From a virus (Duplodnaviria; Caudoviricetes): a stretch of DNA of 42,865 bases. How positions within the stretch are numbered: position 1 is the first letter of the stretch; the number at the start of each line of letters is the position of its first letter. Location: positions 1 to 42,865 of the IMG/VR virus record IMGVR_UViG_3300010361_000764; one strand, written 5' to 3'. The notes under the pieces were generated by a model, which did no database searches, had not been told where the DNA came from, and worked only from the letters and a program-made list of their open reading frames with translations. The position numbers and the translations under genes are program-made. Shown piece after piece: positions 1 to 7,090 of this stretch.

Positions 1-17
1 GGGAACGGGGGGAAGCG

Positions 18-398
18 GTGACAGCCGCAGCTTGGTACACGAATTACATTGGCGAGCCGGCGGTGTTCGCCGCCGCGATCGTCTTCATCATTGCCTACTC
101 CTGCCTGGCGCCGTGGTGGAAGCAGGCGATTGGCGTCACCCTCGTAGCGATGGACGCCGTGCTCGCGGGAGTTATCCTGCCGCACATGCTGCAGTTGGCG
201 TTCGGCATCAACCCCCTATCGGCGTTCTTCATCTGGTTCGTGGTCATCATGTTCTCCGGCGCCGTACCGGTGATCGGGTGGCGCACGTGGATTCTGGTTC
301 GCGTTCACCAGGGGCGGTTCCGCCTGCCGTGGCAGCATCACGTGCGGCCGGCGGAAGGCGCGGGGGTGCCGGTGGCAGAGGATGAGGTGGCATCGTGA
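18..398 (+). CDS. Membrane protein, putative holin-like lysis protein
   Basis: Three hydrophobic segments and an APWW motif; its stop overlaps the endolysin start (GTGA). Confidence 0.6.
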   Translation: MTAAAWYTNYIGEPAVFAAAIVFIIAYSCLAPWWKQAIGVTLVAMDAVLAGVILPHMLQLAFGINPLSAFFIWFVVIMFSGAVPVIGWRTWILVRVHQGRFRLPWQHHVRPAEGAGVPVAEDEVAS

Positions 399-1177
399 GC
401 ACCACCATGTACGATTCTATTTTCCCCGACAACCTCCCCCCGGGCGGCGCCTACCTCGGGTACGTCAACGGGAACTGGCCCACCTTCCCCATCCTCGTTA
501 AGCGGTTCCCCGGCGCGCACCTGCTCGACATGACGGTTTTCGCCGCCGGTGACGCCACGGGCTGTGACTGCGAGACAGGTGACCTCTCCCCCGCCCAGGT
601 CCCCGGGTGGGTGGCACGGCAACTCGCACGCGGCGTGCACCGCCCCGTGGTGTACGCCAGTGCGGGGGTGATGCCGGGGGTGATGGCCCTCCTCGAGGGC
701 GCGGGGATCACCCGGGAACAGGTCCGCCTGCTATCAGCGCACTACTCCGGGGAGCACATCTGCGGGCCGGCGACGTGCCGGGCCTCCGATGGGGCGGGGC
801 GGATCGTGCCGGCGTGTGACGGCACCCAGTGGAGTGATTCGGCACCCGGGGTGAACGGCACCACCGTTGACATCTCGGTTCTCGCCGACGGGTTCTTCGA
901 CACCCCCCCGCCGCCCCCCGCGCCCGCGCCGGAACCGGTACCAGTATCAAAGAAGGGAGCGCCTCCGATGATTCTCATCGAGGTTGCGCGTAACGAGGTC
1001 CCCGCCGGCACCACGTGGCCCGGGGTGTTCCTCCTCGCCTCCGACGGCACACTGCATCACGTCACCGCCACCGAGGGCGGCATCTCCAACGTAGCCGCCT
1101 ACCAGGCGGCGGGCATCCCCGGGCCGGTGACAATCTCCTGGGCCGAATACCAGGCGCGCATCGCCTCCCCGGCCTGA
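395..1177 (+). CDS. Putative endolysin (GH25/DUF1906-like glycoside hydrolase, Pro linker, C-terminal domain)
   Basis: Motifs YLGYVNG, CDCETGD, RPVVYAS, GTQW..VDISV and a PPPPPAPAPEP linker; flanked by holin-like genes. Confidence 0.65.
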   Translation: MSTTMYDSIFPDNLPPGGAYLGYVNGNWPTFPILVKRFPGAHLLDMTVFAAGDATGCDCETGDLSPAQVPGWVARQLARGVHRPVVYASAGVMPGVMALLEGAGITREQVRLLSAHYSGEHICGPATCRASDGAGRIVPACDGTQWSDSAPGVNGTTVDISVLADGFFDTPPPPPAPAPEPVPVSKKGAPPMILIEVARNEVPAGTTWPGVFLLASDGTLHHVTATEGGISNVAAYQAAGIPGPVTISWAEYQARIASPA

Positions 1178-1416
1178 TGGGCGCCGCCGGGGGGCCTGTG
1201 GAAACGAAAACGGCCGCAGGCGCGGCCGTGTCGGTGGTAACCGGCGTGATCACATGGGTGCTGGTGACATACGTGCCCGCGTTCGCCCACGGCCTGCCGC
1301 CGTCGTTGGCGGCGTTCCTCCCGTGGGTGGTCTCCGCACTGTTGGGGGCCGCGTCTTCGTGGGCTGCGCCGCACACCCCCCGCCCGGATGCGGCGGGGGG
1401 CGGGGCGGGCAAGTGA
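1177..1416 (+). CDS. Putative holin (2 TM)
   Basis: ATG overlaps the endolysin stop (TGATG); VETK...two TM helices...APHTPR pattern resembles actinophage holins. Confidence 0.6.
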   Translation: MGAAGGPVETKTAAGAAVSVVTGVITWVLVTYVPAFAHGLPPSLAAFLPWVVSALLGAASSWAAPHTPRPDAAGGGAGK

Positions 1417-1545
1417 TTCGCCACCGGATGTTTTGACGTGCTACCCGTTACACCACTGCGGCACGTTCAGCCGCAGGCGGGGAGTCGAACCCCGCTCCTC
1501 CTCATTTGCAGTGAGATAACCCGGCAAACTCCCGGCCCGCCCCGC
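1400..1545 (-). ncRNA. yrlA: Y RNA (YrlA-like) containing a circularly permuted tRNA-Cys-like domain
   Basis: Terminal helix GCGGGGCGGGC-C-GGG / CUU-GCCCGCCCCGC. Inside: UCUCA-CUGCAAA-UGAGG arm, T arm GCGGGG-UUCGACU-CCCCGC, loop-closed acceptor CUGCGGC-UGAACGU-GCCGCAG, then D arm UGGUGUAACGGGUAGCAC. Confidence 0.85.
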
Positions 1546-1569
1546 AACCCGGGTGCGTGATGACGTGCG

Positions 1570-1648
1570 GGGCAACGGGCAAATTTTAACCGGGGTACCG
1601 GGTTTCTTTTGCAAAGGAGGTAACCGGTACCCATCCGGCCCGCGCCGC
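1570..1648 (-). ncRNA. Short Y RNA-like gene (no T or D arms)
   Basis: Same scaffold: CGGGC-C-GG...GGGUACCGG-UUA-CCUCCUUUGCAAAAG-AAAC-CCGGUACCC...UUUGCCCG. A TAGAAT -10 lies just upstream. Ends approximate. Confidence 0.75.
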
Positions 1649-1659
1649 TCGTGACCCCT

Positions 1660-2394
1660 TTATTCTACCCGGCTTTCGCGGATATCTGCGAGTGACGCCG
1701 CTATCTCCCCTGCCGGGCCCCGCAACCGCTCCCACGCGCAAGGCACGTGACGGTACGGCCGTGAACGTGCCATGCCAACGTTCCCGCCGTACCGCTTTTT
1801 TAGCCGCGCATCCTGTTTCGCACGCTTCTTGTCGTGCCACTGGGGTGCGCACTTTTTCCTGTCGTTGCCGTATTTACGCCAGATGTTCCGCGCCATCGCC
1901 ACCGTAGCCTCCTCCATGGTGGCGCCGTGCGCGTCAATATCCGGGTTGTGGTAACGGTTCGGGCAGGTGTCACCGCCGCCGCCGGCGAGGTCATCGGGCC
2001 ACGCGAACTCCCCCGCCTCAAGCCACACCTCGGTTCGGGTGTTGAGGCCACTGTCGGCGCTGTGACGGCCGGTGGCGGGGTCAACGCGCATCACCCACGT
2101 GGTAACCCCATCCCACCCCCCGTCGTGGTTGAGGTTGCGTACGTCTACCGCCTGCTGGTTGGGCCACTTCTCCTCAAAGCGCCAGAACATGGGGTGGAGC
2201 TGGATGTAGCGCCATGCCGTGAAGTAGCACGGGTTCGCCTGGAACGCCCGGACCGCCTCGTCCCAGTCTTCGGTGACGTACCGCCAGATGTCACGGTAGA
2301 GGTGCTTCTTGCGTTTCACCGCCGCCGCGTCATCGGCTATGTCGGAGACATCCAGGCGGGGCATGGCGGGCAGTTGGTACACCTTGTGCTTCAC
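1660..2394 (-). CDS. Hypothetical protein
   Basis: Long, aromatic-rich ORF; likely GTG start overlapping the upstream stop at 2391-2394. Confidence 0.6.
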   Translation of the reverse strand: MKHKVYQLPAMPRLDVSDIADDAAAVKRKKHLYRDIWRYVTEDWDEAVRAFQANPCYFTAWRYIQLHPMFWRFEEKWPNQQAVDVRNLNHDGGWDGVTTWVMRVDPATGRHSADSGLNTRTEVWLEAGEFAWPDDLAGGGGDTCPNRYHNPDIDAHGATMEEATVAMARNIWRKYGNDRKKCAPQWHDKKRAKQDARLKKRYGGNVGMARSRPYRHVPCAWERLRGPAGEIAASLADIRESRVE

Positions 2395-2756
2395 GATTCC
2401 CTCCCACGGGGCGCCTTCCAGCAGCGGCGGCACCGCAACCCCTGGTAGCCGGCGCGGTTCCACGTGCCGGTGTAGGCGTGCCGCCGCAGGGGCACGCACA
2501 ACACGAGGCGCCCTATTTCGTCACGCCACCGGAACTGCCACCCGAACCGGAGGTGTGCCCGCCACCCCCCGTAGGAGACGTGGCATGCCCCGGCCTCGCA
2601 GCCGAGCATGCAGTGCCACACGGGGTGGTCAAGGAAATGCGCATCCGGGGAGATGTCAATGGTGATATCAGCCGGGTCGGCGGCGAGGAACGGGGGTGGC
2701 GGTTTCGCTGCGGCACGCGCCTCGAGGTCATCGAGGCGGCCCCACTTTTCTCTCAT
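2391..2756 (-). CDS. Hypothetical protein with Cys/His motifs
   Basis: ORF in operon order; HCxxxC..CH and CRRC motifs. Confidence 0.5.
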   Translation of the reverse strand: MREKWGRLDDLEARAAAKPPPPFLAADPADITIDISPDAHFLDHPVWHCMLGCEAGACHVSYGGWRAHLRFGWQFRWRDEIGRLVLCVPLRRHAYTGTWNRAGYQGLRCRRCWKAPRGRES

Positions 2757-2847
2757 GATGGTTCCCGTTGACGCACGGGCGGGCGTTCGGTTTGAACGTT
2801 AGACGGGGGCAGCCGGGGGGCCTGCTTAGCCCATTCCCGCCTGCCTG

Positions 2848-2920
2848 CACGCCCGGAGGGACTCGAACCCCCAACACTCTGCTCCGTAGGCAGATGCTCT
2901 ATCCGTTGAGCTACGGGCGC
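2848..2920 (-). tRNA. tRNA-Arg(ACG), no encoded CCA
   Basis: GCGCCCG-TAGCTCAACGGATAGAGC-A-TCTGC-CTACGGA-GCAGA-GTGTT-GGGGG-TTCGAGT-CCCTC-CGGGCGT-G forms a full cloverleaf. Confidence 0.95.
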
Positions 2921-2926
2921 TTGCAC

Positions 2927-3178
2927 CTAACCGAGACCCTGTACGTGCCGCCGTACCGCGTCACGCTGGTCGGGGCGCAGGGGGCGCCCAGCGCCCGCAG
3001 CGCCGTTCACCCCCCACGTGCACACGCACAAGCACCCCGGTTCGGGACACACCAACAGGCCCCCGTCTAGGGGGTCGTTACCCACGGCCACCAGCACGTG
3101 CGGGTCGAAGGGGTGCGGGCATGCACTGCACCGCTCGCCGTCACGATCCACTACCACGGTACCCACGCGCCCCCTCAT
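2927..3178 (-). CDS. Small putative Zn-binding protein
   Basis: CxxCxH...H...CxxxxCxC motif. Confidence 0.55.
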   Translation of the reverse strand: MRGRVGTVVVDRDGERCSACPHPFDPHVLVAVGNDPLDGGLLVCPEPGCLCVCTWGVNGAAGAGRPLRPDQRDAVRRHVQGLG

Positions 3179-3188
3179 TTACCGCCCC

Positions 3189-3725
3189 TTATGCCGCCTT
3201 CGCCGCTGCGTTCACGGCACGGATCATATCTGCGCCCATGCGCCGCAGCAACGCCGCCGGGATGTCCCACCCGAGGCCCGCAAGGCGCACGATGGCCTCG
3301 CGGGTAGCCCCCGATCCCTGGCCGCGTACCGCCGCCACGCGGATGATCTCGGTGATAGTACCGCCGAAGTCACGCGCCGATGCGGTGGTCATGTACGGCA
3401 ACAGGTTGTGGAGGATGATCGCGGCGGCCACGCCCGTGGCCTGCCACCGGTACGTCTGCGGCATGTTCATCTCCGAGACGTGCACGTGCACCTCGGGACA
3501 ATGCTCGCGGCACTGCTTCCGCTCGAACCGCAGCGGCACGCTCACATCCCGGGTACCGATACCCGTGCCGGTCATCGTAGCCATCCGATCGGCAACTGCC
3601 TTGTGGCGGGTGTCGATCAACAGCACCAGTTGGGGGGTCGCGCGGGTCTGGTTGTTCTTCCGGATGATGGTGCCCTTGAGGTCAATGACCCCGGCGAACC
3701 ACCCCAGGGTAGTCGCGTCCATCAC
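3189..3725 (-). CDS. LAGLIDADG-fold protein, possibly catalytically degenerate
   Basis: N-terminal LGWFAGVIDLKGTI helix and downstream YRW...LLPY pattern. Confidence 0.65.
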   Translation of the reverse strand: MMDATTLGWFAGVIDLKGTIIRKNNQTRATPQLVLLIDTRHKAVADRMATMTGTGIGTRDVSVPLRFERKQCREHCPEVHVHVSEMNMPQTYRWQATGVAAAIILHNLLPYMTTASARDFGGTITEIIRVAAVRGQGSGATREAIVRLAGLGWDIPAALLRRMGADMIRAVNAAAKAA

Positions 3726-4102
3726 CGCCCGTTCAACCCCCTATGACTCCGCTTGATCTCCTTCTTCTTGGCGTTCGCCGTGGCCGTGGCATTCGCAATG
3801 GCCTGGGCGTACCGCGCCTTGTCACCGACCGCCTTTTTCCGCGCCCTCACCGCCGCCGAGCGCTTCTTCGCGGTGACGCCCATGTCGTTGATAATGCGGT
3901 CGCACCGCTCGATTTCGCGGTCACACCCCGCCATCTCCTCGCGGTTCGTGGTCACCACCGCGTCGAGGGCCGCTTGTGCCGCTGCCATGCGTTCCGCGCG
4001 GAACGCAGCCAACTCCGCCTGGGTGGGCAGTTTGCCAATGAACTGGTATTGCCGCCGCCCCACCAGCGGGTCTGGCTCCTGCTCCTTGCGCTTCCATCCC
4101 AT
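3722..4102 (-). CDS. Hypothetical basic coiled-coil protein
   Basis: ATG at 4102 preceded by GAAGGGAAACGGGAA; the longer ORF extension overlaps the tRNA and is rejected. Confidence 0.6.
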   Translation of the reverse strand: MGWKRKEQEPDPLVGRRQYQFIGKLPTQAELAAFRAERMAAAQAALDAVVTTNREEMAGCDREIERCDRIINDMGVTAKKRSAAVRARKKAVGDKARYAQAIANATATANAKKKEIKRSHRGLNGR

Positions 4103-4143
4103 GGTTCCCGTTTCCCTTCGTTTCGGGTTCCGCACTTTATTAG

Positions 4144-4218
4144 TAGCGGGGGCCGGATTTGAACCGGCGTTATTCCGGGTTATGAGCCCGGTGCCATACC
4201 GAACTAGGCGACCCCGCG
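4144..4218 (-). tRNA. tRNA-Met(CAT), initiator (fMet) type
   Basis: Unpaired C1/T72, anticodon arm CCGGG-CTCATAA-CCCGG with three consecutive G-C pairs, T loop TTCAAAT; no CCA. Confidence 0.9.
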
Positions 4219-4241
4219 CCGCAACACCACTTCCTACTATA

Positions 4242-4291
4242 CCAAGCGGGTTGCCCGCCCCGTAACAGCAGGGGGCAGGCAACCCGCTTGG
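4242..4291 (-). terminator. Hairpin after the AAA+ gene, immediately upstream of the TATAGT -10 of the tRNA-fMet promoter
   Basis: Inverted repeat ccaagcgggttgcc...ggcaacccgcttgg. Confidence 0.55.
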
Positions 4292-4294
4292 GTC

Positions 4295-5785
4295 CTACCG
4301 GTGCGCCCCGTTCTTCGGGGCCGCAACCTCGAACCTGGAACGCGCAACACTCGTGCGCCCCAGGGCATCCTCGACGATGCCCGTGAACACCCTGCCCAGC
4401 GTCGGCTGGGAGTGCTCCCCCTCGGGGGCGGTGTTCATCAGGTTGAACTGGGGCCGCAGGTCATTCGCGGCGTTCACCAGGTCACCCGTAGAAATCGAGA
4501 TGACCTTCCCGTTGTTCCGCACCGCGCTATCACGCGCGGCCCGGGAAACGGCCTCCACCACGAACGAGGGGAAGTACCCCTCCATCGCCCCGGCCACCTG
4601 CGCCCAGTCGATGTTCGCGTCGAGGGCGCCGCCCGGGGCCACGCCCCGCACCAGCCGCTCGAACGCCTCGGCGTCGAGGGCGCCAATCTCGATGTAGGCG
4701 TCAATGCGGCCGGGCCGCAGCACGCCCCTATCGATCTTGTCGGGGAAGTTGGTCGTGAAAATCGAAAGGACCTCAAGACCCTTGGTGGAGACGCTATCCA
4801 TCTGGTCGAGGAGCGCCGCCACGGCCTTCCGATCCTGGCCCGCAGTCTCCAGGTCAAGGTCTTCGATGAACACCACCGCCGGCGCGTAAATCCGCGCCGT
4901 GTTCAACGCCTCCTTCGCGTTGTCCTTCCCCGAGCGCACCAGGATATACGTCCACCCCGCCGCTACCGCCTCGCGGGCCGTGAGCGCACCCGCCAGTGAC
5001 TTGCCAACCCCGTAGGGGCCGCCGAGGAGAACCGCCCGCTTGAGGCTAACCCCCTGCTCGCGGAGCTCCTCGTCGTACCGCAGCACGGCCCACACGTTCC
5101 GCTCCAGCGCGCCCATCACATCCTGGGTGTAGACCGCCGGGGGAAGGTGGTCGAGGTCGAGGAACGAGGGCCGGTGGTCATCGGCGTTGATGGCCTTGCC
5201 CCGGTAAATAGAACGCTCATCGAGCTCGTGGCGCACCAGGTCGAAGAACGCCTCGGCCTCGGCGCGGTACCGGCGCGGCGCGGTGACGTGAAGGTCGAAG
5301 ACTATGCCGTCTTCGGTACGGTCGGCTTCGAGGTCAAAGTAACCCCACCCGGGGATCTGGACGCGGCCCCACGGAACCTGCAGGGTTTCCCCGTGCGGGC
5401 CCACGGCCACCGAAACCAGTTCCGGGAGGTACTTCTGGCCGAACATCCCGTAGGTGACACGCCCCAGGCCGGCGGAGCCGAACATCAGGCGCACAGCCCT
5501 ATCGAACGCCGCCGCCCCGTCATACGGGCGGTAGGGGAACGTGCGGCTGAACTCGAATTCCTCGCCCTGCTGCTTCTCGTAATCCCGGAGGAAATCCTGG
5601 GCGCGGCCCAGGCCGCCCTCCCCGGCGAACTGGGCGGGGAGCACGAACCGTGTTCCCGCGCACGTCACCGAGTCATCGTTCATGGCGGAGCCCATCAGCG
5701 AGGCGAGGCCGGCGCGGAACCTATCCCGCGCCTCCTCCTCCGCAGACTTCACGGGCACCACATTCGCCGCATTCGCGTCAACCAT
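4295..5785 (-). CDS. AAA+ ATPase (classic AAA clade)
   Basis: Walker A GPYGVGKS, Walker B VVFIEDLD, sensor TTN, arginine finger RPGRID. Start 5785 follows GAAGGGAAGGGAAGG; alternative start 5833. Confidence 0.9.
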   Translation of the reverse strand: MVDANAANVVPVKSAEEEARDRFRAGLASLMGSAMNDDSVTCAGTRFVLPAQFAGEGGLGRAQDFLRDYEKQQGEEFEFSRTFPYRPYDGAAAFDRAVRLMFGSAGLGRVTYGMFGQKYLPELVSVAVGPHGETLQVPWGRVQIPGWGYFDLEADRTEDGIVFDLHVTAPRRYRAEAEAFFDLVRHELDERSIYRGKAINADDHRPSFLDLDHLPPAVYTQDVMGALERNVWAVLRYDEELREQGVSLKRAVLLGGPYGVGKSLAGALTAREAVAAGWTYILVRSGKDNAKEALNTARIYAPAVVFIEDLDLETAGQDRKAVAALLDQMDSVSTKGLEVLSIFTTNFPDKIDRGVLRPGRIDAYIEIGALDAEAFERLVRGVAPGGALDANIDWAQVAGAMEGYFPSFVVEAVSRAARDSAVRNNGKVISISTGDLVNAANDLRPQFNLMNTAPEGEHSQPTLGRVFTGIVEDALGRTSVARSRFEVAAPKNGAHR

Positions 5786-5829
5786 GCCTGCCTTCCCTTC
5801 CCTTCGTTTCCCTTTGCGTTTCTTTTTGG

Positions 5830-6057
5830 TCATGCGGTTCGCGGGGCCGGCATGCGCAGCGCCGCGCGCCGTGCGAGCCGTTCCGCGCGAGCAGCCATCC
5901 AGGGGGTCATCCCCCCGGCGCGGATGGTGGCGAGGTTACGGCGGGCCGCCTCTTCCTGGGTGCGGCGCCGTGCGTTCGCCCGTGCCCGTGAACGCTGCCA
6001 GCATGCCGTCATCCTTTCCTGGCGTTTCGGGTTGCCAGCAGCCTTCTTCCCAGCCAA
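5830..6057 (-). CDS. Small basic hypothetical protein
   Basis: Arg/Ala-rich ORF preceded by GGAGGGGAAA. Confidence 0.4.
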   Translation of the reverse strand: MAGKKAAGNPKRQERMTACWQRSRARANARRRTQEEAARRNLATIRAGGMTPWMAARAERLARRAALRMPAPRTA

Positions 6058-6085
6058 CGTTTCCCCTCCGTTCGCGTATTCCGTT

Positions 6086-6209
6086 GGCGGCGGCGGGCAA
6101 GTTTTCCGCTCGCCGGGTTTTGCTCGCCTTGAGCACCACCCCCCAAGGGGGGTGGTACAGGAATCGAACCTGTCAACGGTAACCGGCTTGCACCCGGCCC
6201 GCCGCCACC
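6086..6209 (-). ncRNA. yrlA: Y RNA (YrlA-like) with T, acceptor and D arms but no anticodon hairpin
   Basis: GGUGGCGGCGGGC-C-GGG / CUU-GCCCGCCGCCGCC helix; ACAGG-UUCGAUU-CCUGU; ACCACCCCCC-UU-GGGGGGUGGU; GCUC-AAGGC-GAGC; TATAGT -10 just upstream. Confidence 0.85.
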
Positions 6210-6222
6210 ATGAACTATACCG

Positions 6223-6438
6223 CTACTTTGCGGTGACCTTCCCGAAATTCTCGATGATCTGCACGATGGTCTGGCCGGCTGGATAGACCAGGTCATGCCA
6301 CCCGAAACGGAGCACGCCGATGATGAACCCGGCGCCCAGAAGCAGGAGGAGTTTGATGCCAATGCCGGCTGTGCCGATTTTCACGGCCTTGTCCATGATC
6401 GTGTCGATCATGTCGGTGATCTTGCTAAACGGGTTCAT
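6223..6438 (-). CDS. Small membrane protein
   Basis: One or two hydrophobic segments; preceded by GGGAAGGGAA. Confidence 0.6.
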   Translation of the reverse strand: MNPFSKITDMIDTIMDKAVKIGTAGIGIKLLLLLGAGFIIGVLRFGWHDLVYPAGQTIVQIIENFGKVTAK

Positions 6439-6477
6439 TCCAGGTGTTCCCTTCCCTTCCCGGTTCGCCCACGGCGC

Positions 6478-6822
6478 CTACTCGCCGGGGTTGACTTCCT
6501 TGCGGTGACGGCCTCGCGGGCGTTCCCACACCCGCGAGCCGGTCTTGATCACGCCACTTGCGTGACGCGGGGCCGCCGGCGGTTGCGCCGCCTGCTGCTT
6601 CTCGTCTTGCTGCTTGCGTTCCATTCGTGCCCCTTCCCATCGGGCCGCCATGCGGGCAACCATCTCGCAGACGCCCAGGCCGTACGCGATGGTCAACATT
6701 GAGAGGCCCGCGAGGATGCGTAGCAGCCACCATGCCACCGCGTACGGGAACACCACTATAGCGGCAACGCCGGCGAGGGGGCCGGGGAACGCCGCAATGG
6801 TCACGTGCACTCGCATGGTCAT
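6478..6822 (-). CDS. Small membrane protein
   Basis: Two TM segments then a charged tail; promoter-like motif about 10 nt upstream, possibly leaderless. Confidence 0.55.
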   Translation of the reverse strand: MTMRVHVTIAAFPGPLAGVAAIVVFPYAVAWWLLRILAGLSMLTIAYGLGVCEMVARMAARWEGARMERKQQDEKQQAAQPPAAPRHASGVIKTGSRVWERPRGRHRKEVNPGE

Positions 6823-6831
6823 ACCCTGGTT

Positions 6832-6859
6832 AACAACCAGGCACGCTGGGTTATTTCCC
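6832..6859 (-). promoter_or_regulatory. ECF sigma (SigR/SigH-like) promoter, variant -35
   Basis: GGGAAAT-N18-GTT. Confidence 0.45.
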
Positions 6860-6926
6860 CACGGGGGGTGATGTTCGCGGAGCTGTCCATGCCACGTGGT
6901 GACAGCCCCGCGAACACCGGCCTATC

Positions 6927-7079
6927 CTAATGCGTCTTGCCCCGGTAGTGACGCGGGATGCCACGGGGAGGGTTAACGTTCCCCTTCCCACGGCCCCCGT
7001 TACCGCCCGACTTGCCCTTCGTCTTCTTCGCCGAGCCCGGCCTGCGGTACTTTGCGCGAAGCGTGATCTCCAAGGCCAT
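6927..7079 (-). CDS. 50-aa Lys/Arg/Gly-rich peptide (not in the ORF track)
   Basis: MALEITLRAKYRRPGSAKKTKGKSGGNGGRGKGNVNPPRGIPRHYRGKTH*, starting 11 nt after the Ro60 stop. Confidence 0.45.
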   Translation of the reverse strand: MALEITLRAKYRRPGSAKKTKGKSGGNGGRGKGNVNPPRGIPRHYRGKTH

Positions 7080-7090
7080 CACGTGCCCCC

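Noticed and set aside
1430-1520. Calling the T-loop-containing elements here, at 6120-6175 and at 8945-9030 ordinary tRNAs or tRNA pseudogenes
   Set aside because: Arm order is T, acceptor, D with a loop-closed acceptor, enclosed in a shared Ro-type helix, so they are not colinear tRNAs.
2848-4218. tRNA genes as host attachment sites or a prophage boundary
   Set aside because: No integrase and no duplicated tRNA 3' end were seen, and phage-type genes continue on both sides.
4103-4282. N-terminal extension of ORF 3722..4282
   Set aside because: It runs through tRNA-fMet and a hairpin; a good RBS supports the start at 4102.
5147-6286. Long antisense or alternate-frame ORFs (for example 5147..6286+, 7500..8327+, 11496..12563+, 13420..14442-, 23071..23982-)
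   Set aside because: They are shadows of well-supported genes, expected in high-GC DNA, and carry no recognisable motifs.
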